The notes under the pieces were generated by a model. That model made no database searches. It saw only the letters and a program-made list of their open reading frames with translations, and was not told where the DNA came from. A stretch of 64,000 nt of DNA from Haliotis rufescens (Eukaryota), in the NCBI RefSeq assembly GCF_023055435.1, contig NW_025964361.1, forward strand, positions 22,568,001 to 22,632,000, in the 5' to 3' direction. This document shows positions 51,940-64,000 of this stretch, piece by piece. A program made the position numbers and the translations under genes. Within the stretch, counting starts at the first letter, position 1; every line of letters begins with the position of its first letter.

Positions 51940-52191
51940 TGATCCGGGTTAGAATAGGTCTTCAGCAACCCATGCTTGTCGTAAAAGGCAACTATGCTTG
52001 TGGTAAGAGGCGACTTACTCAGGCTCGCTGACTTGGTTGATGCATGTCATTTTATCCCAATTGCGTAGATCGATGCTCATGATGTCAATCACTGGATTGT
52101 CTGGTCCAGACTCGATTATTTACAGACCGCCGTCATATAGCTGGAATTTGGCTGTGTGCGGCGTTAAACAACATGAAACAAGCAAACAAAC
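51940..52191 (+). mobile_element. SINE family B copy
   Basis: Family-B body with a duplicated ATGCTTGT..TAA.AGGC unit. Confidence 0.85.
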
Positions 52192-53442
52192 ATCAATATC
52201 ATTAGGTCAATCACTGTACCCTCTTCATTACAATAGTTACATTGATATGACCGTTGTCTATATCGTTCCCCACAACGCGTGACTTGGTTTGTTATAGCTG
52301 CTGCGTAGATCGTCGCTTATGCTTTCCACAAATGGTGTGTCGAAAGCAGCTTTCATTATTTACAGGAAGTAAACCAATATTCACTCAATCACTCTTTAGC
52401 TGTCCTTTGCCATCTGTAAATCTCAAATATATTTGTTCTCTTAGTCCACCCTGTTACACACAAGCAGGCTAAGTAGGTCTCACCTTCAATAGATGCTCAC
52501 TTTTTATCTTGGTTTATTCCAAATCATTACGATACAAATTTATTACCCCTTATGACGTCATGTCCAGCTGACCCGTACATCAGTTAATCCGGACTTAACT
52601 TGGCTTATACTGTTTCCCGTGTTTAGAGTTTCACAGTGATATACATGTATGTTATAACAAACGCCGCAATTTGATATAGCTGGAATACTGTTAAAGGCGG
52701 CCTTACACCTAACTCACTCACTCAACCATACGTCATCTCGGTCCAATTTCGTTCACGTGCCTGTCACATGACGCAAGTTGAACCTTTTATACATGTTCAC
52801 CTTTTTCTTCAAATGAGATTGTTGACTTAAACCCTAGGGCCCTGAACATTTCTTAGTATCAAATACCTGGAGTTCATTACTCGCGACTGAGGATATGAAA
52901 GATGACAATCAAATGGTGTAAAATCACTACACCACTTCTGCCCGAGGTGTGGCTAGCGGAATAAGCCGAGTGGATCCGAATGCCACCAGCAGTTGTCAAC
53001 AGGAAGACGGGAAGTGCTTCCACCTGTTGTCGGTATAACGAGCGCGTGAACCATCAGCGGTCTTACCCCAGCCTTATTATGATTTATAGAAATAACTGAT
53101 CCAGTAACGCGTGTTTCGTTTGACACTGCGCATTGCAGATAAAACGCCGATACAAAATTATCTCCCCTGATAACCTCTTGACACACTAAGATAGGAAAAC
53201 ACATAAAAAATTAATTATCTCTTCTCATTGCAAATGACGGAGAAAATGTGTTCTGATATAATCTGCACGTTGATGCCCGAATCTCACCTTGCAGAGAGCT
53301 GGTAACATGACACGGCAGCCGTCGTGATGGACATGCCTTGACGATTCATGTTGGTACATTCTAATTAATCAAGTGCATATGCATTTGATTCATGACAAGG
53401 AACCGACCAGGAAGGTTTAATGTGTACCCACCAATCTCGAAA

Positions 53443-53514
53443 AACAACAACAATAACAACAACAAAAACAACAACAATACTACTCCTACTCCTACTACTA
53501 CTACTACTACTACT
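53443..53514. repeat. (AAC)n-(ACT)n microsatellite
   Basis: Directly visible. Confidence 0.85.
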
Positions 53515-55075
53515 AAAATAGTATACTTGTAAAGAGCATAACTCCACACGTAATATACGCAATCCCCGTCCTTCAGAATTGAGAAGTTCCAACGAACATT
53601 GGGGACACTTTGGGGAAAGTAAACAAGCTTTGTAAGACTTTGTTAGGATTAATTTTATTTTAATTGACAACAACAAGAATAAGTTTACAAGAATATCAGC
53701 ACCACATAAAATGTTCATAAATGCAATAGACCAGAATGCTGCTGTTCCGGTGTCATGTTGTCGCTCTTCTTGCGGTTAATTTCACACATCACTCAACATT
53801 CATACTCTCTCCATCGTTAAACTGAGAAAATATATTCAATAAATATAATATCTATACATCACAGACACCATCGTTATCGTAACGGCGCCATTTTAATGTC
53901 CTACGGCTACTCCCCCTACAAAAGAAACGCATGTGTGGTTTTACAGAGATTCATTCTGTGTCTACTGCAAGGTTTAAAAGCGATACGTGGAACAGGTGTG
54001 TGTGTTTGGAAGATTACAAAACTTGCGTTTGATCACGAAAATTTTAGTGATCTGAGTCAACCGAGGTTACCACATTTCTTGCCGGTCATGGCGGTTACTC
54101 TGAGATAAAATAACGTCAACGTAAGTTTTTTTTGTTTGGATTCCGGCAGGTCGTAGTCGGTTAAGTTACGGACAGCCTTTGCAGATATGTGACGTAAACT
54201 ACTGAGCCCAAAGTCGTGAACCTGCTACTGATGCTTTTGATTCACCATCTTGAAGTCCAGTAACAGCTTCATTTCTCACGTTATTATTGAGCCTTGGCGT
54301 GACGATTTTCAAAATTCGCTTTGTTAGCTGAGTGATTTGTGAAAACGACAAGTGCCAAGTCCAATGACTTGCAGGTGAAAACTGCTTTCAGTTTCCCAAG
54401 AAAACGAATCATGCACATGTCAGAGGTCATCGATATTAACTCTATGGAAGACAATAAAACCTTTTTGTGGCACTTTATCAGTAAAGACGAACGACTTTAT
54501 TTTCATGTAACACTGCAACATGGAAACTGCTCCATCCACGTACTGTACTGATGAAAATAACGTTACCACCAACGCGTTTCCTATTGTGGAGAGTATATTT
54601 CTTTGAATGACTGTCATCACAGGTTACGGTGTTATGGCACTTCCATGAAATGACAATTCTAACGTTAACGTTGCAGCAGTTGCAGATGGGTAAGAACGAT
54701 AATTGAGATTTGAAATTCAAGGGTAATCTTTCTGTACGACAAACTGGCGAGTCATTCTCATGGTCCTGATTTCGTCACAGCTCTTTGTTATACAGCATAT
54801 TTCATATACACTTATATACAGATACCTCCCTTTGTCTTGTGTACTGTATAGGTAAGTCGGTGTTTGGAGCTTGGGAGAGTGCACATTATGTTGGGCGTGC
54901 GATGGCGTCATATAAATCTATGATACATATATCTCTGCACTTGTTTCCTGTCACGTGACAATACAAGGTGAAGGTCACGTCGGTTACGTGTCGCTGAATA
55001 CGTATAAGGTCCAGGGTGGAGGGAGAGGTAGAGATTGTTTCCATGGCTACAGATAACCATGACAACACAGTATGA

Positions 55076-55295
55076 CTATTTCCCAGCTTTTTCTTGACCT
55101 TTCCTAAGTTGTTTGTCCTTGTTTCTCCCCTTCTTGTGCCGTAAGTGTCGAACATGTCGATCCGTTTGTCTCTCTATCGGAGCCTCGAATGGAGACCCTA
55201 TGTCATCATTTTGAATCGACGGACAGTGCCCCGATTGCACGTGTAATGTCCCATGCGTGCAAACTGGTTTTAGACATGTTTTTGCTTTAATACAC
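55076..55295 (-). CDS. PVF: PVF last exon (end of Cys-rich region, basic tail, stop)
   Basis: Acceptor TTTTTTTTCAG|G; within ORF 55076-55423. Confidence 0.88.
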
Positions 55296-58200
55296 CTGAA
55301 AAAAAAGATTGCATTCAATTTTTGTATAAGAACGCAAAGCGCTTTTTCACAGGGATTGTTCACTTTTTCGGTAATGGCTAAGCCGTAACTATTAGCTAAA
55401 TGAATTGTGTAGATGCGATACAATCTAAATAGACTTTGTTAAGCAAGAATTTCACACAATTTGGTTGTGGTTAAATCCTCATTTATTTACAGTGAACTGG
55501 GATTATAACGAACTCAAAGGGACCCCTTATTTTAGTTCGCAATATCCGTAGTTCGTTATAAGCATAATATACAGCACATATGCAACAAATGGCCGGGACT
55601 AAAAAATAAGTTCGTTATATCGGTCAGTTCCTTATAAGCGTGTTCGTTATAAACAGAGTTTACTATAACTGATTTCACAATCGCCTGCTTAATTCTAATT
55701 CAATTCGCACTCGCTAACAAATACTTACTCAAAGTCAGACAGGTTTACAAAGGATTAAATAATTTTTAGTTCATTAAGATGCTTACGCTAAGTCTCTTTC
55801 CTGTAGAGGTATGAAGCCATCTTTGATGCTCTGACAGACGTAATTGTTTTCATCGGCTGATTGGTCACAGTCGCATGTGCACTGAACCCCTTTACGCATC
55901 ATCATGAAGGGGAATGGGCACTTGTATTTGTCACAACTGAAATGAGATAATAAAACATAAATATATATTTAAATTTCATTGATACTATGGTCACATTCAT
56001 ATATCCTGAATAAGGTCGTTTAGGTTCGAATCTCTTTCGATGTCTTTTTGAACACAAAACCACATGTCTGATGTTTGAAAATATTGATAACGGCTTTAAT
56101 TGTGGGTGAGCATATTTTGAGTCTTGTTAAACGCCACACTCAGCAATCTTCTAGTAATTTGACGGCGGCCTGTAAATAATCGAATCTGGCCCAGACGCTA
56201 AAGTGATTGGTATCATGAGCAACGATCATCGCCGTCGGGGTACGGTAATATGCAATCAGCCAATCACCGAACCTGACCACCTTAACGTCGCCTCATGGGA
56301 CATGCGTATACCTACTTGGGGAGGCCTTGCTTCTCCTTACAGGCGCATTCTGTATGGTTGATAAAATTCTTCTTCTCCACCATATTTTTGTCGGGAAGGG
56401 TATTGTCCCCAATCAGCTGTACGACCTGTCGTTTACAAAAATAATAAAATACAGTTTTGATAACTGAAGAAATGTGAACAATAAGTCTTACATTATCAAA
56501 ACATACAATTACTTTGTTTAATTTCTATTTGTTATTTCAATAAGTTCCTGGTACAATAAAATTCAAATATGTCAAACTGAAGACTATATTGATTCTGTTT
56601 CGAAGAAACTCAACACTTTTCAATCAAAACTTTGTTATTTCCTTAACTGAACATGGCAAATAATGAGCTATAGATGAAATAGTATTTTTGTTATTTGTTA
56701 CGCATTTATAGATCCATCTATAAAGTTAAGGGCTATGCGTATTATCTTAGTCGTAAATGGTAAATATTTAAATGTAACAATCCTTCACGTTTTCAAAACA
56801 ATGGATTTAACTATACGGAGGAAACAGTACCAGCTATTCTGTGTCTCCAGAGATATGTATTTGAAAGAGATGCAGGTTTCAGGCAATAGGGTGGAATGAG
56901 GTGGAACCCACGAGCACGGGTATGGTTCTACGACTGGGCCACCCGGCGTCCCACCGAGAGGAAGAGGTTGGATTTACTGAAAGAGCTCTGACTTACAATG
57001 AAGGATTTTTCGATGACTTCTATTCTGATAGGTCCACATTCCCTGTTCGCGGCGCCACAACACCCGGAGACGTTCTTACAGCGGTGTACAACAGTGCATT
57101 GTGGGAAGTACACTCGGTGTTTGTTTTCTTCGTCTATGACGTTGACAATCTCTGGCTGAGGCGTCTTACACTCCCCAAGAGGGCTGTTGGCCATTTCCTC
57201 AATATGATACATCGCTTCCGAAAGCTCTAGAAATATAGAAACATAGGAAGATGTAAATCAACACCAATAGCTAGGAAACATACCATTTAATACATATTAA
57301 ACGAATTTTGATTGACTGCTAGAAATAATATTCAAACAGTAGAAACAATTTAATTTAGAAATATGTACTCAGCGATACCCGTTAGTCCGAAGCCCCGTTT
57401 ATCTGAAACCTCGTTAGTCCGAAACCTCCTTAGTATGAAACCCCATTATTCCGAAACCCGGTTTGACTGAAACACCGTTTGACTGAAACTCCGTTAGTCC
57501 GAAACCTCGTTAGTCCGAAACCCCGTTAGTCCGAAACCCCGTTAGACTGAAACCTTTTAGTCCGAAACCCCGTTAGTCCGCAACCCCGTTATTTTGAAGA
57601 CATCATAATCCAGACGACCTTGTTGCAGTTGGGAACATCATTGTGCATATTTATACAACGTTACTTTGCACCCACGATCCGTTATTAGTTGAGGTGAAAT
57701 GTTGTTTAACGTCGCGTTCAAGATTATTGCACTTATATAGCGACATGCATGCACGTGTGTGCAGCTGCTTGTATTTGTCCGGACTTTATAGTGCTAGCCA
57801 ACTGAGATACTATGCCGCAGTTTAACATGGATACCCCACTCACACACATTATACTGACTCCGAGCCGACATGCCCCTTAATGTTAATCACTATGCAGGGT
57901 AACAACAAGTACCATCTTTTGGTATGACGCAGACAGAGGATCGAACCACAGACCTTCTGCTCTCCGGAGCAGACCCTCTATCCACTAGGCCACGGAGGCG
58001 TTCTAAACAATTAGCTCTCATCATATTAACATGGTTTCATGGGACATAGTTTGTCACTTCGAGACATAATTTATCATATTAGTTAACACCTATCCAAAGC
58101 TAGTGGCGGGATCGCCAGAAAAGCCTACCATTTTTCGAGATACTCAATCTATGAGACACTCGTTATTAAAGACAACATATTAAGGGACATCACAATAAGG

Positions 58201-58602
58201 AATACACGTTTGTATGATGCATCTTTAAGGTTCCTATTCATCGTGCTGTTCTTATGCTGCCCAAAGTTCCCTCGGGAAAATAACGTGTCATCTCATCATA
58301 TCTCATTGCAAAATATTTGGTTCATTTGTACCTTCATCAAGCCGATCCTGCTCTTCATCCATGTGCATATCATCCTCATCCACTCCCCATGATTCTTCGT
58401 CATCAAATTCCTCATTGAAATCTCTACTCTTCTTCTCAGCTCCTAGAAATTTCTGTATAGTCCGGGCGTTCACAATTTCATCTATCAACTCATTCGATAA
58501 ATCTTTCTTATTCAGGAATATACGTAAAAAGTCATAGTAATTTTTTGTATGCTGTAATTGTCTTTTTAATTCACTTAAAGGCACTGGTTGTAGGTGAACT
58601 CC
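55076..58602 (-). CDS. PVF: PDGF/VEGF-related growth factor (PVF/VEGF-like), 5'-partial
   Basis: complement join 58332..58602, 56997..57226, 56316..56425, 55787..55936, 55076..55295; all GT-AG with matching phases. Cystine-knot CKTPQPEIV..YFPQCTVVHRCKNVSGCC..ECGP...FINHTECAC, then Cys-rich CPFPF..CTCDC..CQSIKDG..CIKAKTCLKPVC..GHCP and a basic tail. The signal-peptide exon was not located. Confidence 0.9.
55490..55665. mobile_element. pogo/Tigger-like MITE in a PVF intron
   Basis: TA|CAGTGAAC..TTATAACGAAC at the left end and GTTCGTTATAA..GAGTTTACTA|TA at the right end, with internal GTTCGTTATA repeats. Confidence 0.7.
55787..55936 (-). CDS. PVF: PVF exon (CDKYKCPFPFMMMRKGVQCTCDCDQ...CQSIKDGFIPLQERDL)
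   Basis: CATTTCAG| acceptor and |GTAAGC donor, phase 2-2. Not in the ORF track. Confidence 0.88.
56316..56425 (-). CDS. PVF: PVF exon (VVQLIGD...FINHTECACKEKQGLP)
   Basis: Completes the PDGF/VEGF domain (NHTxCxC). Confidence 0.88.
56997..57226 (-). CDS. PVF: PVF exon with the core PDGF/VEGF domain
   Basis: P.C..V.RC..GCC motif; |GTAAGT donor. Confidence 0.92.
57377..57597. repeat. 16-bp minisatellite (CCCCGTTAGTCCGAAA), ~14 copies
   Basis: Directly visible in a PVF intron. Confidence 0.9.
57690..58002 (-). mobile_element. V-SINE-like family C copy
   Basis: Reverse complement of the family-C head and body. Confidence 0.8.
58332..58602 (-). CDS. PVF: PVF exon encoding an acidic N-terminal pro-region
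   Basis: ATTTTCAG|GGA acceptor; G|GTACAA donor in phase with the next exon; reads GVHLQPVPLSELKRQL...DEEQDRLDE. Confidence 0.8.
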
Positions 58603-58682
58603 CTGAAAATAAATGGAATCATAATTACATTTTGTAGAGTATGATTATATAATGGATGATAAACCATGATTAAACATCAAGT

Positions 58683-58817
58683 NNNNNNNNNNNNNNNNNN
58701 NNNNNNNNNNNNNNNNNNNNNNNNNNNNNNNNNNNNNNNNNNNNNNNNNNNNNNNNNNNNNNNNNNNNNNNNNNNNNNNNNNNNNNNNNNNNNNNNNNNN
58801 NNNNNNNNNNNNNNNNN
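58683..58817. other. Assembly gap (N run)
   Basis: Run of N. Confidence 1.
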
Positions 58818-59182
58818 CAACTTTAAATACGACAACCAAGGTCTGTGAACACTAACAACGTTATGCTATCCTTCGCATTAACTTTCACGATGATAACTTA
58901 CATACTGTCCAAAGCCATGGGAACTCAGTCACTTTCTTAACTGTATTTTAGTATGTTCGCTTACAGAAAGTAGGGGATATATTGCTTTCATTACCAATCG
59001 ACAATAATCGAGTGAAAGCAGTAATGAACGATGTAATGGAAAATGAAAAATTAGACATGACAACCGATGACAAAGAAGCTCCAAAATACAATTTTGCCAA
59101 TTCGCAAACACATGCACTTCAGTAGTAGGAATAAATGTGTCAGGACAACCGAATATCATCTACTGATTGCCAAGGTGTTTTA

Positions 59183-59348
59183 CTTGTAAGAGGCGGCTAA
59201 CGTGATCGGGTGGTCCCAGTTGCGTAGATCGATGCTCGTGATGTCAATCACTGGATTGTCTGGTCCAGACTTGATTATCTACAGACCGCCGTCATATAGC
59301 TGGAATATTGCTGAGTGCGGCGTAAAACAACAAACAAACGAACGAACA
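59183..59348 (+). mobile_element. SINE family B copy, 5'-truncated
   Basis: Family-B 3' half with (AAAC)n tail. Confidence 0.8.
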
Positions 59349-60375
59349 AAAGGGAAGAAGAGCAGGACGTCCCCATCAGTTACACGTCTATCGACAGAGG
59401 AGACAGCAACAGCCGTTACAACATTAAGTGCGGGATTGTCTTGTATTTCAGGACAATCTCCTGGAAAGTGACACGGAATTCACACACCTGCTAACATATC
59501 AATTTATTATACTGTCACATCCAGGAACTGTCGGTAGCGATTTAGATAAGCGACATTTTTACGACATTATATAGCCGTAATTAGGGACGTTTTACGGCAG
59601 AAATGCCACTTACAACAAAAGCAAAAGACTGAAAATGACATTTGGGGTTGAGTCTGAAAGGGATGCTTTCTGGAGGAAGATGAATAACAAATACTGCCGT
59701 GTCTGATTTTTGCCATTCAGACGGAGACAGAAATAAACGCCATGTTGTATACATATTTGTTGTAAGGTTATCACTTATAACATGAGGCGCGCGGCAGGGG
59801 AAGGCTGTGATATCTTGGGCTAATCTGCTGGGTCAGAGTGACATTGATGACGGAGAGGGAAGCAGGGGGGCTGACTACCCTCGCAAACGTCCACTGCATA
59901 TATTGTATCTTTATAACGAAAAGGTTTAGTCTTGAGGATCATCTTGCCAGCGTGTGATAAACTCTATTCTTGAAATGACCTGACCCGTGCGGCATCCCCT
60001 TCGATTCTTGTTTTATTGCCAGAATGTTGCTAGTGTTGAATCTAAATACGGTTTCGTACCACTGGATTGCCTGATCCATCACTTGATTGACTGGTCAACT
60101 CTCGATTGTTTACAAGCCGATATCGCATGGCAGGAGTAGTGTGGTGCGTCGCCAGGCAACAAACAAACACTAACAACATGTACCTTTATTAGCAAATTGT
60201 GTGGATGGCGGTTGCTACCGGTAAAGCAGGCCGCGCTTACCCTTTTCATGAACACCCGGTGTCATCACTGATTTTCAGTGATCCATTCATATCATCTACC
60301 ACTATGGAATCTGTTCCAGCATAAAATCGAGACTGATTATTACCTGACGTTAACGTTATCATACATTATATTTTC

Positions 60376-60377
<2 letters not shown>

Positions 60378-60416
<39 letters not shown>

Positions 60417-60690
60417 GTCAACAATGATCAGTTCTACTACCATTACTACATCTACCACTACTACTACATCTACAACTGATGGTGCTGCTTCTACTACTAC
60501 TACTACTACAACTACTACTTTTACTACTGATGACGCTACTATTACTACTACTACTTCTACTACCACTACTACTACTACTACTACAACTATTACTACTGCC
60601 ACCACTACCACAACCACCACTGCCGATGATGGTGGTGCTACTACTACCACTACTACTACATCTACTACTACTACTACTACTAGTACTACC
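60378..60690. repeat. (ACT)n-rich trinucleotide microsatellite
   Basis: Directly visible; it is the source of the poly-T/V/L ORFs. Confidence 0.9.
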
Positions 60691-61640
60691 GTGTAAATCT
60701 TACGTAACAGCCACACAATAACATACCTACATTTACCGTGTAAATCTCTGCCTGATGTGACAGCCTCACAATACCATACCTACATTTACCGTGTAAATCT
60801 CTGCCTGACGTAACAGCCCCACAATAACATGCCTACATTTATCATGTAAATCTGTGCCTGACGTAACAGCCCCACAATAACATGCCTACATTTATCACGT
60901 AAATCTCTGCCTGACGTAACAGCCCCACAATAACATGCCTATATTTATCACGTAAATATCTGCCTGACGTAACAGCCCCACAATAACATGCCTACATTTA
61001 TCACGTAAATCTCTGCCTGACGTAACAGCCCCACAATACCATACCTACATTTACCGTGTAAATCTCTGCCTGACGTAACAGCCCCACAATACCATACCTA
61101 CATTAACCGTGTAAATCTCTGCCTGACGTAACAGCCCCACAATAACATGCCTACATTTATCACGTAAATATCTGCCTGACGTAACAGCCCCACAATAACA
61201 TGCCTACATTTATCACGTAAATATCTGCCTGACGTAACAGCCCCACAATAACATGCCTACATTTATCATGTAAATCTCTGCCTGACGTAACAGCCCCACA
61301 ATACCATACCTACATTTACCGTGTAAATCTCTGCCTGACGTAACAGGCCCACTATAACATGCCTACATTTATCATGTAAATCTCTGCCTGACGTAACAGC
61401 CCCACAATAACATGCCTACATTTATCATGTAAATCTCTGCCTGACGTAATAGCCCAATAAGAACATACCTACGTGTACCGTGTCAATTTCTGACGTAACA
61501 GCCTCACGATAGCATACCTACATTTATCATGTAAATATCTGTCTGACGTAACAGCCTCACGATAGCATACCTACATTTATCATGTAAATATCTGTCTGAC
61601 GTAACAGCCTCACAATAACACACCTACATTTATCATGTAA
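60690..61640. repeat. 53-bp minisatellite (GTAAATCTCTGCCTGACGTAACAGCCCCACAATAACATGCCTACATTTATCAC), ~18 copies
   Basis: Period of 53 measured between GTAAATCT at 60793 and 60846. Confidence 0.96.
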
Positions 61641-62208
61641 ATAAAAGCGTGACGTAGTAATGTCACATCAGTCCTTTGGCAAGGTGACTTGTTTCAGGAA
61701 GAGGGTCACGCTGACCTGTCACACATACTGTGACGTTACTGACGGAACAGGCGGGGTAGCGTTATGAAGCGTTCAGGTGGGAACATGCAGGGCCGCATTC
61801 CATTGACTCACGCGGAATTCAAGAGCACGTTCTATATATAGTTAAACTTTAAATATCCCTTGAAGAATGAAATAGCTGTGGGCGCTTTTAAGAGACGTTT
61901 TGGTGCGCTTCAGCATGTGACATGGAATTATAAGGCCAGATACTGCGTTTTGAAGTTAACTCAGTGTAGCAATTACTTCTCTGTATGTTTAATGTTAAGC
62001 TCGAAAGCGAGAGCATGTTATTCTACTAGGCTTAGTTATCCTATTACATTAATTCCGGGGAGGAATAGGACCTCAGTTTATAGATTGTCGTAAGAACCGA
62101 TAAACAGGATGAAGTGATCAGGTTCGGTTGCTAGGCTGATTTCGCATCATCGATTCCGGATTGTGTGGATCGTTGCTCATGTTTTGGTCATTGGTCTGTT
62201 TAACTAAG

Positions 62209-62472
62209 GTTGGTTGGTTGGTTAGTTTGTTGTTTCACCTCAGCAATATTCCAGCTGTATGAGGGCGGTCTGGAAATAATCGAGTCTCGACCAGAAAATC
62301 CAGGGATTGATATCATGAGCATCGATACACGCAATTGGGATCGATGACCTGCATCAACCAAGTCGGCGAGCCTGTCTACCCGACCCTGTTAGTCGCCGCT
62401 TACGACAAGCACAGTCGCCTTTTACGGCAAGCATTGGTTGCTGAAGACCTATTCTACCCCGGATCTTTACGG
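62209..62472 (-). mobile_element. SINE family B copy
   Basis: Reverse complement of the family-B body; tail-to-tail with a degenerate + copy at ~62055-62200. Confidence 0.8.
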
Positions 62473-62848
62473 ATCGTCTAACTAAGAGACTAATGTTACA
62501 TATATATGAGAAACAGGGACACGCACCGCCCAGTTTTCTAAGAAGGTAGCATACATCGTAGCATACACGATCTCCTCTAGGTTCGAATCCAAGATAAATT
62601 CTGATTATGATCCTTGGTCTATCGCCACCAAAATGCGCTAAACATAGATAAACGTCTGTTGAAAAACATCCGATATTCAATTATCGAAAGCAGGTGATTT
62701 GTTTTTATTTTAAACTATGAGCCTGAATTTATTTGAAGAAAAACACTTTGCAACAATGTATTTTTTGTGGCAGGCAATTACTTTTTTTTTAATAAATATC
62801 GGGGACAATATGTTTGTTTGGCTGAAATCCCAGATTCAGGTAGGCATA

Positions 62849-63800
62849 ACCACCACCAACACTCCCACTACTACCACTACTACCACCACCTACACTCCCA
62901 CCACTCCTACCGCCACCACCACCACCCAAACTAACTCCCACCACTCCTACCACCACCACTCCTACCACCACTACCCCGACCACTCCTACCACTACCACCA
63001 CCACTACGACCACCCACACAACTCCAACCACCACCACGTGCACCCCTACCACTCTCACCACTACCGCTACTTTCACCACCACTACGACTATCACCACCCC
63101 CACCCATCTTCCCGAGGCAAGCGAGTTAACTGACTTTAAAAGTCCAGTTTCCACCCTTGCCGAACTAGGCTGGAATTAATGGGCTCGATCGTAGCGCCAC
63201 CAGTGGCTATTATGTCCCTTATGTTATGTCCCTTCTATGCCTCTCCCATTGACCAATCAGATTCCACATCTCGTATCACTTGCATTTGCTTCTCAAACTA
63301 AATGGCGGCGCCAAGACAAGACGATCAGATCGATAATCAAGATCTATATTGTGATAAAACGGGTCTTACATCGCAATATGCATCAAATCACGTGAGCACC
63401 TTGATTAAAAACATGAAAAGATTTGGAAAATATCTGTTGACAACGAGTTGGCGGTGGAAATGATTTGCCAATCCTGCAATCGACCGAAATCTGCACGACA
63501 GTTTACGAACCGGATTTCGATTATGTTGCGCGATTTTGCTTGGACTATGCATAGACTCGTTAGTCCAGCCAAAATGTAACTCCATAATATCAGCCTAGTT
63601 CGGCAAAGGTGGAAACTGGACTTTTATAGTCAGTAAACTCACTTGCCTCGGGAAGATGCCCCCACCCCACTACTAACACGGCTAGCATTACTGCCTCTAC
63701 CACTACTCCTCCTCCTCCTCCTACTACTACTACTACAACAACTACTACTACTACTACCACTACTATTGATGGAGCTGCTCTTACTACTCCTACCACTCTC
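62849..63800. repeat. (CCA)/(ACT) microsatellite region split by the 63105-63658 insertion
   Basis: Directly visible on both sides of the element. Confidence 0.8.
63105..63658. mobile_element. P-element-like non-autonomous DNA transposon (CAT...ATG termini, ~68-bp TIRs, 8-bp TSD)
   Basis: Left end CATCTTCCCGAGGCAAGCGAGTTAACTGACTTTAAAAGTCCAGTTTCCACCCTTGCCGAACTAGGCTG; the right end is its near-perfect reverse complement. TSD CCCCCACC at 63097-63104 and 63659-63666. Confidence 0.88.
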
Positions 63801-64000
63801 CAGTTAACCCATCAGTTAAACTAATTTATCCCTGCTTGATATGTAATGAATAAAGATGTGAAATACTGACAACGATAATTGTAAATGAACTAAATTTACC
63901 AAACACACGAAGTGTAGCCAGTTTTTGAGAAGAGTGAGATGCATAAAAAAGTATTATGCTTGAAAAGTATTTGAAAATAGTTATATTCTGAAATAATCAT

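Noticed and set aside
53365-53718. 117-aa minus-strand ORF with a hydrophobic N-terminus
   Set aside because: It runs into a microsatellite, and I found no in-frame downstream exon or recognisable homology.
58929-59760. Candidate PVF first exons (phase-0 GTAAG donors near 58964 and 59613)
   Set aside because: The upstream frames do not encode a credible signal peptide, so this is left unresolved.

Overview
Eukaryotic, intron-rich invertebrate genomic DNA. It is probably a gastropod mollusc such as an abalone (inferred from the SINE content and the PVF architecture). There are two N-gaps (29397-29530, 58683-58817). Three protein-coding genes can be assembled by hand with consistent splice phases. 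(1) A 2-exon PA-domain type-I membrane protein of the Goliath/RNF130/RNF150 family that stops before any RING domain (+, 5497-7364). (2) A complete 9-exon, 446-aa beta-tubulin (+, 18993-44461) with an EGEFDEE axonemal-type tail and several non-canonical residues. (3) A PDGF/VEGF-related factor (-, 55076-58602; five exons found, first exon not located). The rest is repeats: a decayed Tc1 element with TIRs, an R4/Dong-like non-LTR remnant, a Gypsy-like remnant, two long-TIR non-autonomous DNA elements with intact TSDs, a pogo-like MITE, at least four SINE families sharing one 3' tail, and many mini- and microsatellites. The most unusual structure is an 11-copy 60-bp array that repeats the end of beta-tubulin exon 6 together with its 5' splice site; splicing from any downstream copy would include an in-frame stop. 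Other candidates are the RING-less Goliath-like protein, a possible tail-less tubulin isoform from intronic polyadenylation, and a CRE-like minisatellite upstream of PVF. No CRISPR, rRNA or bona fide tRNA genes were found. All counts and coordinates are manual.
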